Part shown: positions 37,751-51,973 of the stretch, in pieces
Layout: the number at the start of each line of letters is the position of its first letter
How positions within the stretch are numbered: position 1 is the first letter of the stretch
Source of the DNA: Narcine bancroftii
Taxonomy: Eukaryota
Assembly: GCF_036971445.1 (NCBI RefSeq)
Contig: NC_091482.1
Coordinates: forward strand, 10,230,001-10,294,000
Length of the DNA stretch: 64,000 nucleotides
Reading direction: 5' to 3'
Notes under the pieces: model-generated
The model's database searches: none
Seen by the model: only the letters and a program-made list of their open reading frames with translations
What the model was told of the DNA's origin: nothing
Made by a program: the position numbers and the translations under genes

Positions 37751-39799
37751 AGTCCCCTGTTGTCTGCCTTGAGTAGGATTAGCTATGCAGGTGAGAAGGA
37801 CTAAGCCCTGGCTGACACAACTTCAGTCTATCCCTTCACTACAATCTCCCATCCCCACTCACGCATCTGACCTCCTGTGGTGAAGCGCAACAGAAGCTCA
37901 AGAAGAGCTTGGACAAATGCAGGCAAACGAGCTCAAACAGGGAACTCAGCATGGACATGTTGGGCTGAATGGACTGTATAAATTCTACGACACTAAAATC
38001 TTTGTATTGCATACCTCCTAGGCAGTCCACAACACTCCAATACCACTTATGTCCCAACAACAGAAAAGTTCACAGGAAACGGTAACAACATTAATCATAA
38101 TGGTAATAGGTTTAACTTTAAAGTAACAGACAAATCCACTTTAAAATTTCAATCAAAAAATAACAGCGGTCTCCTTGTGGGAATCCAATGCTCCAGTCAC
38201 ATTCCAAGAACTGTCCCGGCTCTAAGCCGGAACAGTGTCTCCCTGATCGCACTGGCCTCCACCATCAAACTATTCTTCTCGCTGTACATAATCCCCACCC
38301 CACTTCTCTCGCATGTTGCGGCCCTGGTAACTCAATATTGCATTCAACAATTACAGAGATCGCACCTTTCCTGATGACTAGTCCACGTGCGTTTTCTCTG
38401 AGAGTTCGTTTCCTCCCACCTTTCAAAAATATACAGGGATTGTAGGTTAATGGGCTTATAGGCTGGAAGGGCCTATTACCGTGGGATCTGCTTTTGTTTC
38501 TTACCTTTATCGCCCACCTCTGAAACCACTCCCTGCACGAGCAAGTCACCGAGGTCACGGGAGACGGTAGAGGCCAGAACCTGATGCCAGTTCATCCTTA
38601 TTACCGTATGGAAAGTGGTTTTGGGAGTAAAAATAACAACCACGAACTGATGGAGGAAGTCAGTGGGTCTGTTGATGGATCATTTTGGATCAAGACCCGT
38701 CACTGAGACTGAATGTGGAAGGGGGGGGGGGGGGATGAGGCTGGGGTCAGGAGATGATGGATAGAAGTAGACGGGTGGGAGGGCGGGGTTGGCAGAGACA
38801 GGACGGTGCCTTGCAGCAGAAGTGCAGAAAGGAAAAAAGATAAGGCCAGATGGAGTCACATTGGGGTAGGGGAGGATGAAGATGGAGGCAGTGTACCCCA
38901 ATACCACCTTCCAAATGGTAACTAGGATGGACCGGCTCTGGGTCGGAAAAAGATGCTGGAAATGTGAAATAATCATAGCTAAGAGGTCTCCAGTTCTTGA
39001 CATTAACTCTTTCTCTCCCCATTGATGCGAACTGACCGACTGAGCATTCTCACTAACTTGTTTTCTTTCTTTCTCTGTTCAGATGAGGGATGTTACTTTT
39101 TTTTTAAAAAGTCCTGCCAAGATTTTTCTGCTTTCAGATTTCTACCATCTCCATTTTTATTTTCATTTGCTGAACATTCCTTGCATTTAACTCTGGCTTA
39201 AAAAGTATGTGAACTTTGAAAACCAAAGTGTAACACAGATTCCATGAAGCAGCTCCACCTGGTCATGGGCAAACGATCACAAAGAATCTGCAGATAGATT
39301 TCTGACTTCTTTTAAGTAGCGAATTTCAGTCCACCAGCAATGCTTCAGCAAGTTTTTAAACCAGTGGCACCCAATTACAGTGGGAGGAAACCGGAAACCC
39401 ACGCAGACACGAGGCGAACGTACAGATTCAAATCCAGATCCTGGTGCTGTAACAGCGTTACACTAACTGCAGTTACGATTATCCTTATAAGAATTTATTG
39501 TCATACACACAAGTACAATGTACGAATGTATTAAAATTCTTGAAGTAAAAAGCAATCTGCTCGAGGAACTTAGTCGGTCGAGTAGCATCAGCGGGAGATA
39601 AGAATTAAGCAACGTTTTGGCTCAAAAAAACCCTTCACCGAGACTCAATTTCCCCCACTGATGCTGCCTGACCCACCGAATTTCCTCAGCAGGTTGTTTT
39701 TGCTTCAGATCCCACAACGTCTCACATCTTCTGGAATTCTCCTTTATACTAATAAGCAAAAAGAAAACCAGAGGTGCATGATCATTGGGGGATAAGAGG

Positions 39800-40190
39800 T
39801 GGAGAGGGTGAGCAAATTCTTGGAAGATCTTGCCTGAATTCAACACACAAACCTCATCATGAAGAAAGCACGTCAGCACCTCTATTTCCTCAGGAGTTTA
39901 CAGATGTGTGGTGGAAAGTGCACTGACCTGGTATGGGGACATCAATACCCAGGACGCGCTCTGTTCTCGGTGCCACAAGACTCACACCACCAGGTTCAGG
40001 AACAAGCTGTTCCCCCTCCACCATCAGACTCCTCAACAACACACTCAATCAGAGTGAAACACAAGGGCTCAGGCCCGCAAATGTCAGTTATATATCTTTA
40101 CCTCATTATTTACTACTGAATATTTATTTTCTGGATTAGTTTGCTTGCACTTCTTTCTTGTTTACATTTCTCTCTTTTCTATGCATATCT
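39800..40190 (+). mobile_element. Rex1/Babar-type LINE 3' fragment (relatives near 9050, 13300, 23380, 24020, 26890, 42400)
   Basis: KKARQHLYFLRSL motif and a shared caccaccaggttcaggaaca 3' segment. Confidence 0.6.
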
Positions 40191-40799
40191 GAACTCTGAG
40201 CTAAATTATTCCAATGCCAGATTAAACTCAGAATCATATAGCACAAGAGGGTGTCCGTTACAATCCACCTTGACTACCCCAGATGTCACGTCGATCTCCA
40301 CGCATCCCACTTGCCTGCATTAGTCATGTATCGCTCTTTAGCTTTCTGCACACTCCTCTCCAAATGCCTTTATATTCAGTAAATGCTCCTGCAGAAACAA
40401 AAAAGGCATCACTATTTCAAAGGGTGAAGCGGTTTGAGTTGTAGATAGAGCCCTTTCTGTGGTAACACACAAACCACAAAAGGTGGAACGAAGTCCCAAA
40501 AGAACCAGACATGATGAGGTGGAAACTATTCCACGTGTTGAGTGGGTAGAGAGTGAGGTAACATGTTGGCAGGGGCCCATTTAATCATGGGATCTCAAGA
40601 ACTAGAAGGGCTATGGGGAGAAAGCAGAGGAAGGTGGGGGGGGGGATAATTACTCATGGTGAATGCTGTACAGACTTAATATGCCAAATAATGTGTGATC
40701 TCTCACAGTGAACAATTTGCTCTGAATGGTCATCGAGTCACAGTGCAAACAAACAAAACCTTCAGCCCATTTCATTCATGCCAGCCAGCAATGATCCAT

Positions 40800-41440
40800 C
40801 TACGCACCTCCTCCCTCACCACCAATCGGAGCTCCAAACAGTCCCTTCCAAGTGAACCAACATTTCACTTGTGTGTCCGCGGGAGTCATCTACTGCTCCT
40901 GTCGCGGACTTCTCTACATCGTAGACTGGACGCAGACTGGGAGATGGCTTTGCTGAGCACCTTCACTCTGTCTGCAACAGTGACAGGGATTTCCCGGTGG
41001 CCAACCATTTCAATTCTGTGCCCCGCTCCTGCCTGTCTACGCTCTTGTGTACTGTCAAACCCAGACCACCTGTAAATTGGAGAGGCAGCCCCTAATACTC
41101 CATCTGGGCACTCTGTAGACAGATTTTAAAAATATCAACTTCTCTGGTTTCTAATCCCTGCTCTCACCCTCTGCCACCTTTCCTCCATCTCTCCACCCCC
41201 TTCCCTCTGCATTCACAGAGCTATCTTTCCTCCCCATTTACTGGGGAGGCCCTCCCGCCCTTATCCACCTATTACTTCCTGCCTGTGGGATTGTGCTCCT
41301 ACCATTTTGTTTGGGCGCCGTCCTACATTTTCTTCATACCTTGATGAAGGTCTCAAGCTTGAAGCATTAGTTATGTATCTTTTATCTTTGCTCTATAAAG
41401 TGCAGTTTGACCTGCTGAGTTTCTCCAGTGTTGTGTTTGA
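40800..41440 (+). mobile_element. Penelope-like element GIY-YIG and terminal repeat
   Basis: Degenerate HFTCVSAGVIYC...LLYI...RRLGDGFAEHL...PVANHFN followed by the pLTR-type terminus. Confidence 0.8.
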
Positions 41441-43836
41441 AATTTTTACATCTACACTCCTACTGGCTCCAAGCACCCAGGCCCTAGCTTCCCTTTCCAG
41501 AGTCCCTCCTAAATATTTATGTCATGCAGCATGCACCCACATTACAAGTGCCAATCACCCTTGAGGTAGGAGAGGAGGAGTGGTTCAGGGTTGGAGGACT
41601 TGGATAGATGGCTGGGCAGGGGAAGAGAGGGTTGTACCCTTTCCAACGGTCATCAGAAATGCAGTAGCATTATGGTAATCACCAGAATCATACCTGGTAA
41701 GGAACCACAGGTGTTCACTCACATCCCAGTCCAGTAACCAAGGAACGTGAACGGAGCAAACTGAAATAAACAGAAAGTAATGGTGGTGATGAATTCAGCA
41801 TGCTGTTATTAGTCTAAGTCTTGCTCACTCACTTTGAGAGGAAGGCCATCCTTCGAAGAGTTCCCAGTTACCAACCATTTCAATTCCTCTCGCCATTCCC
41901 ATAAAGTCATATCTGTCCTTGTTCTGAAACGCAACGCAAACTTGAACACCACATCATATGCCTCCTGGATAGCCTTAAACCCAACAGCATGAACATCAAT
42001 TTTTATTAGTTACCACCACTTCTTTTGTGTTCCAGTTTCCATCTCTTCTTTACCCACTCCTTTTCTTTCTCTCCAACCTTCCCCCTACCAGTAGTATCTT
42101 CCTGTCTTGCCACTTCTCCCACCCTGTCACCTCTTCACTTCCCCCTCCCCCTAGATGTGTTATCAACCCTTCTTACTTTAGAGGGTTCTGACCTGAAACG
42201 CTGACTGGCCGTTTCTCTCCACGGACGCTGCCTGACCTGCTGAGTCCCTCCGTGATTACTCCCAGCATCTGCAGTTCTTCGGGGATTCTCTAACCTTCGA
42301 TCCTTGCCGACATCTGACCAAAGATACTTGCCTGCTCTTCTGAAAGGTTCCAGCACACCGCTAACTTTACGGGACAGTTTCGGGATGAATAATGAAGGTT
42401 GGGCTTTGCCAATCTGCATCCAATGAACTTCAGGGAATGCTGCCGTCGGAGAGAAACAGCAATCATCAGGGATCCACACCACCCAGAACACATTCTGTTC
42501 TCACTTCTACCATCAGGAAAGAGGTCTAGGAGCCATAAAACTCATCACCAGGTTCAGGAACAGCTGCTATCACTCCATGACAAACTCAACCAAAGACTAA
42601 TTTAAGGAATCTTACTTAGCACATTATTACTGAATTTTTTTTTTACACTTGCCCAGTTTGCTTATATTTCTCTCTTTTGTATACGTATTTTTTTTGAGTC
42701 GTTTTCTGCGCTACTGATAAGCAGAAATTCATCCTCGCCTGCAGGGAGAAAATACATTCAGGATTGTATACTTATTTATTTTTTATATATATATATATAC
42801 ACACACACACATACTTATATATATTTATTTGACAATAAATTTGAACTTTGATCTAAAACAAATTTCAGGTGTATTCTTATAAATATGTTATTCCTTTAAT
42901 CTACAACCCCTCTATCCGCCCCACCCCAAACCCCTACAAAAAATAAAGCTCTGTTTGTTACAGTCTGTCACCCTCCCCAGCACCACTAGGGAGACATTTT
43001 ACTTCTCATATCCCCAAAGATTCAGGAATAAGGAACTTGCTCACATATATCAGCACAGTTGGCATCAGTTAGTGCCGCACCATTAAACCTCCAGTCTGGG
43101 TTTAAATCTGACCTTGTCTGTAAAGAGTTTGTGTCTATGTGGGTTTCCTTCAGGTCGTCCCACCCTTCAAAACATACTGGGGTGGGTCGTAAGCGAATTG
43201 GGTGCAATGGTCTTGTGAGCCGGAAGGACCTGTAACCGTGCTGTAGGTCCAGGACGTTAGAGGCACAACTGCTCCTATTTTCCAGTGGAGTCACTATTAT
43301 AACGTGGCAGCCAACTTACGCACAAATGCTGCCAAGACAGAAAACAATTATTAATTTTATTTTGATGTTGCTGGTTGGGGGAGAAGTGGGAAAACTGCAA
43401 TCTGACATTGGTGTTTCTTAGTGTGGCTCCAGGGTCCCAGATGGATAGCCAATCATCTCACTTTTTTCAAAGCAAATATTGATGGTTCGTTAAGAATTAA
43501 ACGAGTAAAGGCTCCATCATTTCATTATGTTTTGGTTTTATTTCAATTCCAAGGTAAACTTGAGTCTCTGTTCCAGCACAATTACTCCAGGGAAAAGATT
43601 ACAGAACAATGGGATTGCATGCAACTCACTGCATTTACAAGCCGTTCAGCTCAATCCATCCATGCATGTATCCAGCTCTCTTTATTCCCAATGAAAAGTG
43701 TCACGTCTGTGTCATTGGGTTGTTTGCACATGTAAACAAGTGACGGTCATGAAAAGCCTACCGTTTGAGTTAAAATCTATTGGACATATTTCCTAAATGC
43801 TGCCTCAAAGCTTGTGGCATTAACAAGTGTGGTCAA

Positions 43837-43855
43837 GCCCACCCCCTGGTGGTGC
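43837..43855 (-). promoter_or_regulatory. Candidate CTCF site
   Basis: Minus strand GCACCACCAGGGGGTGGGC matches the CCACCAGGGGGCG core closely. Confidence 0.45.
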
Positions 43856-44059
43856 CTTGTCATACTGCAGATGGATTCCTGTCATAAAAGATTTGAGTAC
43901 AAGAGCCAACACTGGACCACAATTTTTTTCCCCAAAAGGTTTGTTTCCTGAAAAGACGGACAATATGATAGACAACTTCAAACAACACCAAGATCATTTC
44001 AGATTTGCTGTATCACGTAGGAATTTGGAGAAACATCAACTATTAATGAAATTAGCATT

Positions 44060-44310
44060 TTTATTCGCAGAATGACGCTGACACACTGCATTAGTTCAAC
44101 CGGCCTAAAAATATTTTGCTGCTGATTTTCGTTTGTACTCAGCATCTGATGCCTCTCATGTCAGTGTCCAACAATAGTCGGCCACCATCGATGGGTTCTA
44201 GTTGCCCTGATAGCACTTTTCCACGGTTGTAATGTCCTGGTGAAACCTTTTACTGTGTTCATCACTGACTGCACAAAGATCTACCAGGAAGACGTCCAAG
44301 CGCGAAGACC
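44060..44310 (-). mobile_element. Chapaev3-like transposase C-terminal remnant
   Basis: AVSDEHSKRFHQDI...NPSMVADYCWTL...YKRKS. Confidence 0.65.
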
Positions 44311-44936
44311 CTGCAGAAATCGAAGAAGCTGTAGTTTTTTTTTTCTTCAAGTTAAACAGGAAAGCCTGCTGTCGCTGTGATTGTAGTGCTAGAGAAATTC
44401 AGCAGGTCTCGTCCTTTTAAAAGTAAATTGACTCTGGATTTTCTCTGTGTGCTCTGGTTTCCTCCCATATCTCAAGCACATTCACTTTAGAGGGGCCACT
44501 GTAAAAAAAATGCCCGAGTGGATGGTCGAACCTGTGGCGAGTTAGTAGGAGACGGGAGAATAAAAATACAGGATTAATGTCGAATTTGTGCAAACTGTTG
44601 ATGGTTGGTTGGTTGAGACTTAGTGGGTCGAAGAGCCTGCTTCTATGCTGTACCTCTAGGTGACTCGATGGTAAAAGATTCACTCATTCCAGGTCTCGCA
44701 GGCAATTATTGGAGGAACTTTCAGTTGAGGCTCTACTTTCCATTTCCTGAGGCTCAAGTGGATGTGACACCCACTGTGGTTCCTGCTGTGTACATTCACT
44801 GCTGCATTAGTTTATAGCACTTCACTGGTCATGATGCAGTCTAGGATTTTCTAAGGACACAAAGGATTTCTGCATGAACGTGGATACTGTCCTTCCTTAT
44901 TGGCTGCATCCTTCCCTGAAGTCCAGTTCCCTGTGC

Positions 44937-44951
44937 TCAGTATGGCTTCTT
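44937..44951 (-). CDS. TAPBPL: Terminal coding exon KKPY* (dilysine ER-retrieval motif)
   Basis: tctctcctacag then AAG AAG CCA TAC TGA; lysines at -4 and -3. Confidence 0.75.
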   Translation of the reverse strand, partial: KKPY

Positions 44952-47385
44952 CTGTAGGAGAGATTTTTTTTTAAATCAGTGGACAATTCTACAGGACAAA
45001 AACCATCAGAAGCTTAAAAGCCTGAAAGATTGTTTATATATCTCTATCTCTGCAATATAAAGTACATTGTTTGACGCGCTGAGTTTCTCCAGCATTGGGT
45101 TGTGTTTTTTTTAAACACACAGTATCTTTGACCCACTATCGTCAAGGAAGGAGGCATCAAAATCAGGAAGTACCAGGCTGGGAAATAACTTCTTCCCACA
45201 GGATGCGAGACTGACGAACAGTGTCCTGTAACTGTGCAAATCATCCAGAAAGATCTATATATAGATATTTTAATTATATCTTTATGTGTATATATGTAAT
45301 TATTACATTCTGTGTACTGTGTGCACCATGGTCCGGAGAAACTCTGCTTCATCTAGTTGTACATGTACCGTCAGATGGTAATGAACTTGCCTGCACTAAA
45401 CTGCCACCATCAGGCTGCTGAGAATCATGTATTTCCTCGGGGAGGGGAGGGTGTTCGAGATTATATAAAACCCTGATCCGAGGCATCACTGGGGTTGGTG
45501 TCAACCACCCCCATGATTTTTCTCCTTTTCCATTAAGCAATAACTTAATGCTCAAAAAAGTTATTGATATCGGTTCACAAATACTAATGATCACAATATT
45601 GTAGCTAAAACACCAGAAAATTTGACAAAAGCAGCGACTATCACAACACCAGCAGCAACGAAAACAGCAGCGTGTGCTGACGAACCACGTGATTCAAAGC
45701 GTCGTTGTAATTGGGTCATAACGACAGGTCTGACCGGAGAGCATTAGAAGGTTCAAAAAGTAAATCAGCATCGAGTTTTAGCCATGTAGGTCTATTGATA
45801 CATGTTAACTGGGCTTACAAAAAAATGTTTTTCTTGTCATAACTAACAACAGGGATATTTTTATTTAAAAAATTATTAAATTTCTGCTGATAGACCGTCC
45901 TTTTGGTGTCACCCCCCCCCCCCCTCTGATGGTGTCACCCATTGGGTCTGCTCCCCCCAGTAACACCAACGACCCTGAACAGGTCACACACAGACAGTCT
46001 CATTTACAGGTTGTAGCACCACACCTTAGGGATAGAGTGGACCAGGGTTGAGCGCAAGCAGATTCACAGGCATGTCGCTTAGGGTTAAAATATAAGGAAA
46101 GGTCACAAAAAGTAGGCTTGCAAGAAGTTGGGAGAAATCGGTTCGCCTAACAGTCTGCATAATGCCATGACAGCGCAAATGACACAGGCTTGCATCTGGC
46201 GCTGTTTGTAAGGAGTCTGTACATATATTCCCCCCCCCCTGTGTACTGTGTTTTCTCTTCGGGGGCTCCGGTTTCCTCCCACATTCCAAAGACATACAAA
46301 GTGAGTAGATTGATTGGTCACACGGTTGTATTGGGAGGTGGCGGGGGGGGGGGCCATGGGCAGGTTCATGAGGCCAGAAGGGCCTGTTACTATGGAGGGC
46401 ACAAGAAGTCTCACAGACAAAAACGGTTCATGCTTGCTTGATTATTATCAAATCTAAGTCTGCTGTTTGACAGCCAATACAACATAGCAATAAAGACAAA
46501 ATAGATAGAATTAGGATGCACCTCAGTCCAGAACAATTCAAGGGGCTGAATAGGTTATTCGCTGTGCAATAGACTTTCCTACCTCCACAGCTCTGGGAAC
46601 GACTGTATTAAAGTGCAGATCTCCCAGCCAGGGCTGAATGAGCAATGTTCCTGTAACCATGGAACATCAGGAATCCGATGGAAAGAATGCAGCTGGACTG
46701 CCCAGTGTGCTTAGCGATATCCAGATCTGGCTAGATTGCCTTTATCGCTTATAGAACATAACAGCACAGTACAGGCCCTTCAGCCCTTGATTTTATCCCA
46801 ACCTATATATTCCTACCATGTAACCCTCTATTTTTCTTTCATCCATTTGCCTGTCTAAGAGTCTCTTTAATGCCCCTCTTGTTTCAACCTCCACCACTAC
46901 CCTGGCAAGGCATTCCGGGCACCCTCAAATGCGTAAAAAAACCTTACTCCTGCTGTCTCCCCTAAACTTCCCTCCCTTCACTTTGTACTGTACAGTGGTG
47001 TTTGCTATTCCAACCCTGAGATGAAGATGCTGGCTGTCCTCCATGTCTCTCAGAATCTTGTAGACCTCTACTGTCTCCTCTCATCCTGCTTCATAGAAAG
47101 CTTGTGTAGTTTCCCTTCATGAAATTTTGTCGTATTTAAATCATAGCACTCCTCAGTGCAATACACAAAAGTGCTGGATCGGAGAGACTCATGTAGCATC
47201 CATATGAAGGGTAACCAACGTTTCGGGCCTGAGCCCTTTGTCAAGGTATGAGCTAAACGCAGGCAGGCACCTGAATAAAAAGATGGGGGGGGGTGAGAGT
47301 AGAGGAAGGAAAAGGGCAGGCGGATGAGCACAGACTAACGGGTAAAGATATGGATATGGGTGGGAGTGACTCACATTCCTCTTAC

Positions 47386-47402
47386 CTTGGTTTTGTCCGT
47401 AA
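47386..47402 (-). CDS. TAPBPL: 17-nt cytoplasmic microexon (V-TDKTK)
   Basis: cctttgctttgcag acceptor and AAG/gtaaga donor. Phase 1 to 0 is exactly what is needed to join the TM exon to KKPY*. Confidence 0.72.
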
Positions 47403-48649
47403 CTGCAAAGCAAAGGATAGGGAATCATTACAATTCACATGGACATAAACCACATCAGTGAGCAGGATATATATTCATCACTGACATCACCCAAGAGACC
47501 TTTAGAATTCCTTTTTTAAATTTGTAAACTACAGAATTTCACAAAAGATTGAGCACAAATTTTTGTTTTCTCTCCCCAAAAGCTTTAGAAGTGGAAAAGG
47601 CGTTGGTTATTAATTATTAATGGGCATCAGATGTAGTCATCGCCCACACGCAAACCCCAAACCATGTGCATCACAAGGCCGCCCCTTCCCAGTTTGGTAG
47701 TATTGCCTTGCTGTGTTCTACCTCAACCATGAAACTGATAAAGCTTCAATGGATCTTTCTCTCGCTATTATGGAACCCCACTCACCAAGACCTCAGCTTC
47801 TGGTGGAGTGTGCAGGCTCAGGTTGGATCGGGCCAGCCTGTCTCGTTATAAACACAAGGTTTTCTAAATAAAGTGTCATGTCAACAGCAGTTCTGTATGT
47901 AAGGACAAGCGAGTGTATGCCGTGTGCCAAGCCAATGTTCTGGTTGGTTCTGGCCAGACCTCTTCCTCAATTGACCAGAGTTATGTCTGGTTTTAGTTTT
48001 ATAATCTCTACCTGCAGGTGATGAGTGGCCACCCATGCTGTCATGGTGCTGCTTGCTGTTACTTTTCAGTACACTTCTCTACTCTATTACTGTGCTCTTT
48101 ACACAGTTGCATGAATGTTATAGATAACCTGTTAGTTGGCTCACAGAAGAACCCATCTTACTGGACAGGGTATCTTCTGACAAATAAATGTAAACTTAAC
48201 CAAGAATCATTATTCGTCTTGGCGCCACTTCCAACTTTCATGGGCACTGAACTCAAAACTAGTTAATTCACTAAATGATGATCCAGGCCAGCATTTACGA
48301 ACTCATCCCTCATTGCCCCTGAGCTGAATGGTCCTTCATCTTAAGCAGGTAAGCATCAATCATTTAGCTGTGGATCTGGAGTCGTGTGTAACCAGATTAA
48401 GTAACAGCAGTATGCCCAACAACTCCAGAATTCATTCAGTTAACCAGGCAATCCACGGGCTGCAACAATGGGTTTGGAAATCAGACCACTTTTACCCTCC
48501 CAGTATCTTAGCACTGTAGCAAAGCACCTCTTTACCAATTGCTTTTGGGTTCAATAAATGCCAACCAGCGGGGCCACTTCTGGGCTCAGTAAATGCCAAC
48601 CATCCTTGCAAAACCTGACGGTGAAACCTCAGAAATATATTTCAATATT

Positions 48650-49670
48650 CTAGATTTGCGACATCTACATCGATTGGGTGGAAATGTGAACAGTTAACTG
48701 GCAAAAGGAATTTTATTTGGACACGTGTGTAGGGTTGCATCTTGGGAAGACAAATGTAAGAGAAAAGTCTGCAGTAAATGGGAGGACCCTCAGCAGTATC
48801 GATGTACAGAAGGATCTTGGGTTGCAAAAACAGAATTCCCTGATGGTGGCAACGTAAGAAGATAGGATGGTGAAGGTGTACAGTATACTTACCTTTATTG
48901 ATTAGTGAATACAGTAAAATCCCTATTATCTGGAATTCAAGCAACCGGAAACCTCAAACAACCAGTAAAAACAAAAGATTTGCAGAAAATAAATAGGTTA
49001 AAAAAAAATACAGATTTTAAATTGGCACGCCTCGCCGCCAGTTCTTCATTCACGTAACATGTAACCGGAAAACTTGCTTATCCGACATCCTGGATACCAG
49101 GGGTTCTATTGTATAAAAGTTGTGAGGTCACATTGCAGCTGTAGAAAACTTCAGCCAGGCCATGTTTGGAGTATAGTGAGCAGTTCTAGTCACTGAATTA
49201 CAGGAAGGAAGCTTTGAAGAGGTACAGAAGTTCACCAGGACGTTGACTGGATTGCCGAGCGTAAGCTATAAGGAGAGGTCAAACAAACTTACACTGTTTC
49301 CTCTGGGGTAATGGAGGACCTGACAGAAGTAGATAAAACCGTGAAAGAAATCGAAAGGATAGATAGAATCTTTTTCTCTGGTCAGAATTGTCAAATACAA
49401 GATGGCATCGTTTGAAGGTGAGAGGGAGAAATTTTAAAAGGGGCCAGTTATTTTGACAGAAATTGGTAGACGCATGCAATACTCTACCAGTGGGTGCTAG
49501 AAGGAGATATCATGGCAATGTTTAAAAGACATGTAGGCATACACATGAACAGTTAGGGAACAAAGGGATTAAACAGAGGGGACAGGTGCAGGCAGATGCA
49601 ATTTGATTTGGCATCCTGACTGCACTGAGATCTTGGGCCAAGGACCTGCCTCTGTGCTGCATAGTTCTAA
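48650..49670 (+). mobile_element. Decayed CR1 3' fragment with nested MITE
   Basis: RPCLEYS.QF and ttcaccagga..ttg RT C-terminal remnants. Confidence 0.65.
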
Positions 49671-50133
49671 TATTGTAGGTACTCAAACGTGCCAAATCCC
49701 TCAATGTGTCTGCAATTCTGATGCTCCATCGCTTCAATGTTAAACATGATCAACTGTGTCACTTCCACCACATCCCAGTCAAGCTGCCGGGAAGAAAGAA
49801 CAAATCTCTCTGAATGCCAATATAGACCGGCTGCCTGAAAATAAAACACTAGATCTAAACGTCAATGTCATAAACAGCTTGTAAATGCACCATGCAGTGA
49901 ATTATTTATCATTCATTCATCGCCATTTGCTCTCTCCTAAAGGGCATGTAGTGATGTCTGTGTCTGTGTAACAAAATAGCTTGGATGCTTTAAAAATGAA
50001 ATGAGGCAAATTCAGGATCAAAAAAATTACATTGATGGAACTCCTGAAAGGCTGAGAGAAGAGTTGTGTGGACAATATACATTGGTTTTAAATTAAATGT
50101 AAATTTTAACTAATTTACAACATGGGAGAAGCC

Positions 50134-50612
50134 AGTTAATTTTCTATCCCAATAATTCACCGTACTGCTCCAATGTATCATTCAGATTCCCCAAAGACCT
50201 CAAAGGTTGTGTTAAATATATCAAAACATCATCTGCAAACAAATCTATTTTATACTTGTCAGCTTTCACCCCAATACCCTTAATATTACTTTCTTGTCTA
50301 ATCATCTGAGCCAAGGGTTCAATAACCAATGCAAATAGAGATGGTGACAAAGGATAGCCTTGCCTAGTTGATCTAGATAACATAAAAGGTGAAGATACGC
50401 ATCCATTTGTCACCACCCTAGCAGTAGGATTTTTATATAAGGCCTTAGAGGCCCAAAATTAAACTTTTCCAAAACTTTAAACAAAAAAACTCCATTCCAC
50501 TCTATCAAAGGCCTTTTCCGCATCAAGAGAGATTACCATTGGTTGATCAGACTGCTCCCGAGAAATATTAACTAAATAAATCAACTTTACAACATTATCT
50601 GCTGGGGAAAAA
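50134..50612 (-). mobile_element. Internal L1 RT-core fragment inserted in a SINE with a 15-bp TSD
   Basis: SLDAEKAFD, TRQGYPLSP, LFADD on the minus strand. Flanked by aacatgggagaagcc at 50119-50133 and 50613-50627. Confidence 0.88.
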
Positions 50613-50889
50613 AACATGGGAGAAGCCTATTCTGGCCATTGAAACCCGTGTCTCTCAATTATCCACTAACCCTGTATGTTTTTGGAGGGTGGAGGAAATC
50701 GGATCACCCAGGGAACACTGACACAGGGAGAATGTACAAACTCGTTACAGACAGCGGCAGATTTTGCTCAATCCAATGACCACTTTATCCTGTCTGATCA
50801 TTTAAACTGAACAAAAGACGTTGGCGTTGGAGTCAGCCTTCTGACATACTGAGCCTGCTCCAACATTCAGTATGATCTGATCAGTGGCC

Positions 50890-51630
50890 TTAGCCCCAGG
50901 ATTGGGCAAAGAAGCGGCAAATGAAATATGTCAGAAAGTGTAGTGTCATACACTTTGGGGGGGAGAAAAAAAAATGGGAAGACATTTTTTTTTTAAATGG
51001 GGAGAAAATTGAAAATACCCAGATGCCATGGGACCTGGGAGTCCTTGTGCAGGATAGCCTGGAAGTAAACTTACAGGTTGAAACAGTGGTGAAGGCAGCA
51101 ATTGCAATGCTGGCATTCTTTTCAAGAGGAATAGAAATACAAGAGCAGGGACATGGTGCCAAGTCTTTATAAGGCCCTGGTGAGGCCTCACTTGGAGCAT
51201 CGCGAGCTGTTTTGGATTCCTCATTCAAGAAAAGATGAGCTGACGTTGGAAAGGGTTCAAAAGGACTTCCCTGGGATGATTCGGGGAATGAAATGGTTAT
51301 CATACGAGGGGGGTTTGACAGCTCGTGGCCTGTATACTTTAAAATTTAGGAGGGGGGGGGGAATCTCATTGAAACATTTTAAATATTGAAAGGCATGGAC
51401 AGAGTAGATTTAAAAAGGTGGGAGAGTCCAGGACAAGAGGGCACAACTTCAGGATTGAAGAGTGTCCACCAAGAACAGAAATACACAGGAATTTCTTCAG
51501 CAAGAGGATGGAAAATCTGTGGAATTTGTGGCCACAGGTGGTTGTGGAGGCCAGGTCATTGGGTATATTTAAGACAGAGATTGATAGGTTCTTGATTAGC
51601 CAGGGCATCAAAGGTAATGGGAACAAGGCC
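50890..51630 (+). mobile_element. CR1 LINE 3' fragment
   Basis: KCSVIHFG, LYKALVRPHLE, SRTRGH..RNFFS. Confidence 0.85.
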
Positions 51631-51973
51631 TCCCTGGGATAGAAAATGGCAGATTCACCTCCATCTTAAGAGGAGAAATTCCTCCTGATCTCAAGCTTAT
51701 ATTGCTGACCTTCCATCTGAGATTGTGTGCTCTCCAACTTGAGACTGCCCCACCAAAGGAAGCATCATCACATTTCCAACCCATCCATTCCCCTCATAAC
51801 TACAGACGTTCCCTTGAGATCACCACATCCACCAGCAGTTTCTACGGCCATTACGCTATTAAAGTAGTATACTATCTAGGTTCTGTAGCAACATTGTGGA
51901 GACCGAAAGAGGAATCCTCAAGAGATGGGTTCTTCTTATGAACAGTAGAGAACACAAACCAGCAAGCACTCAC

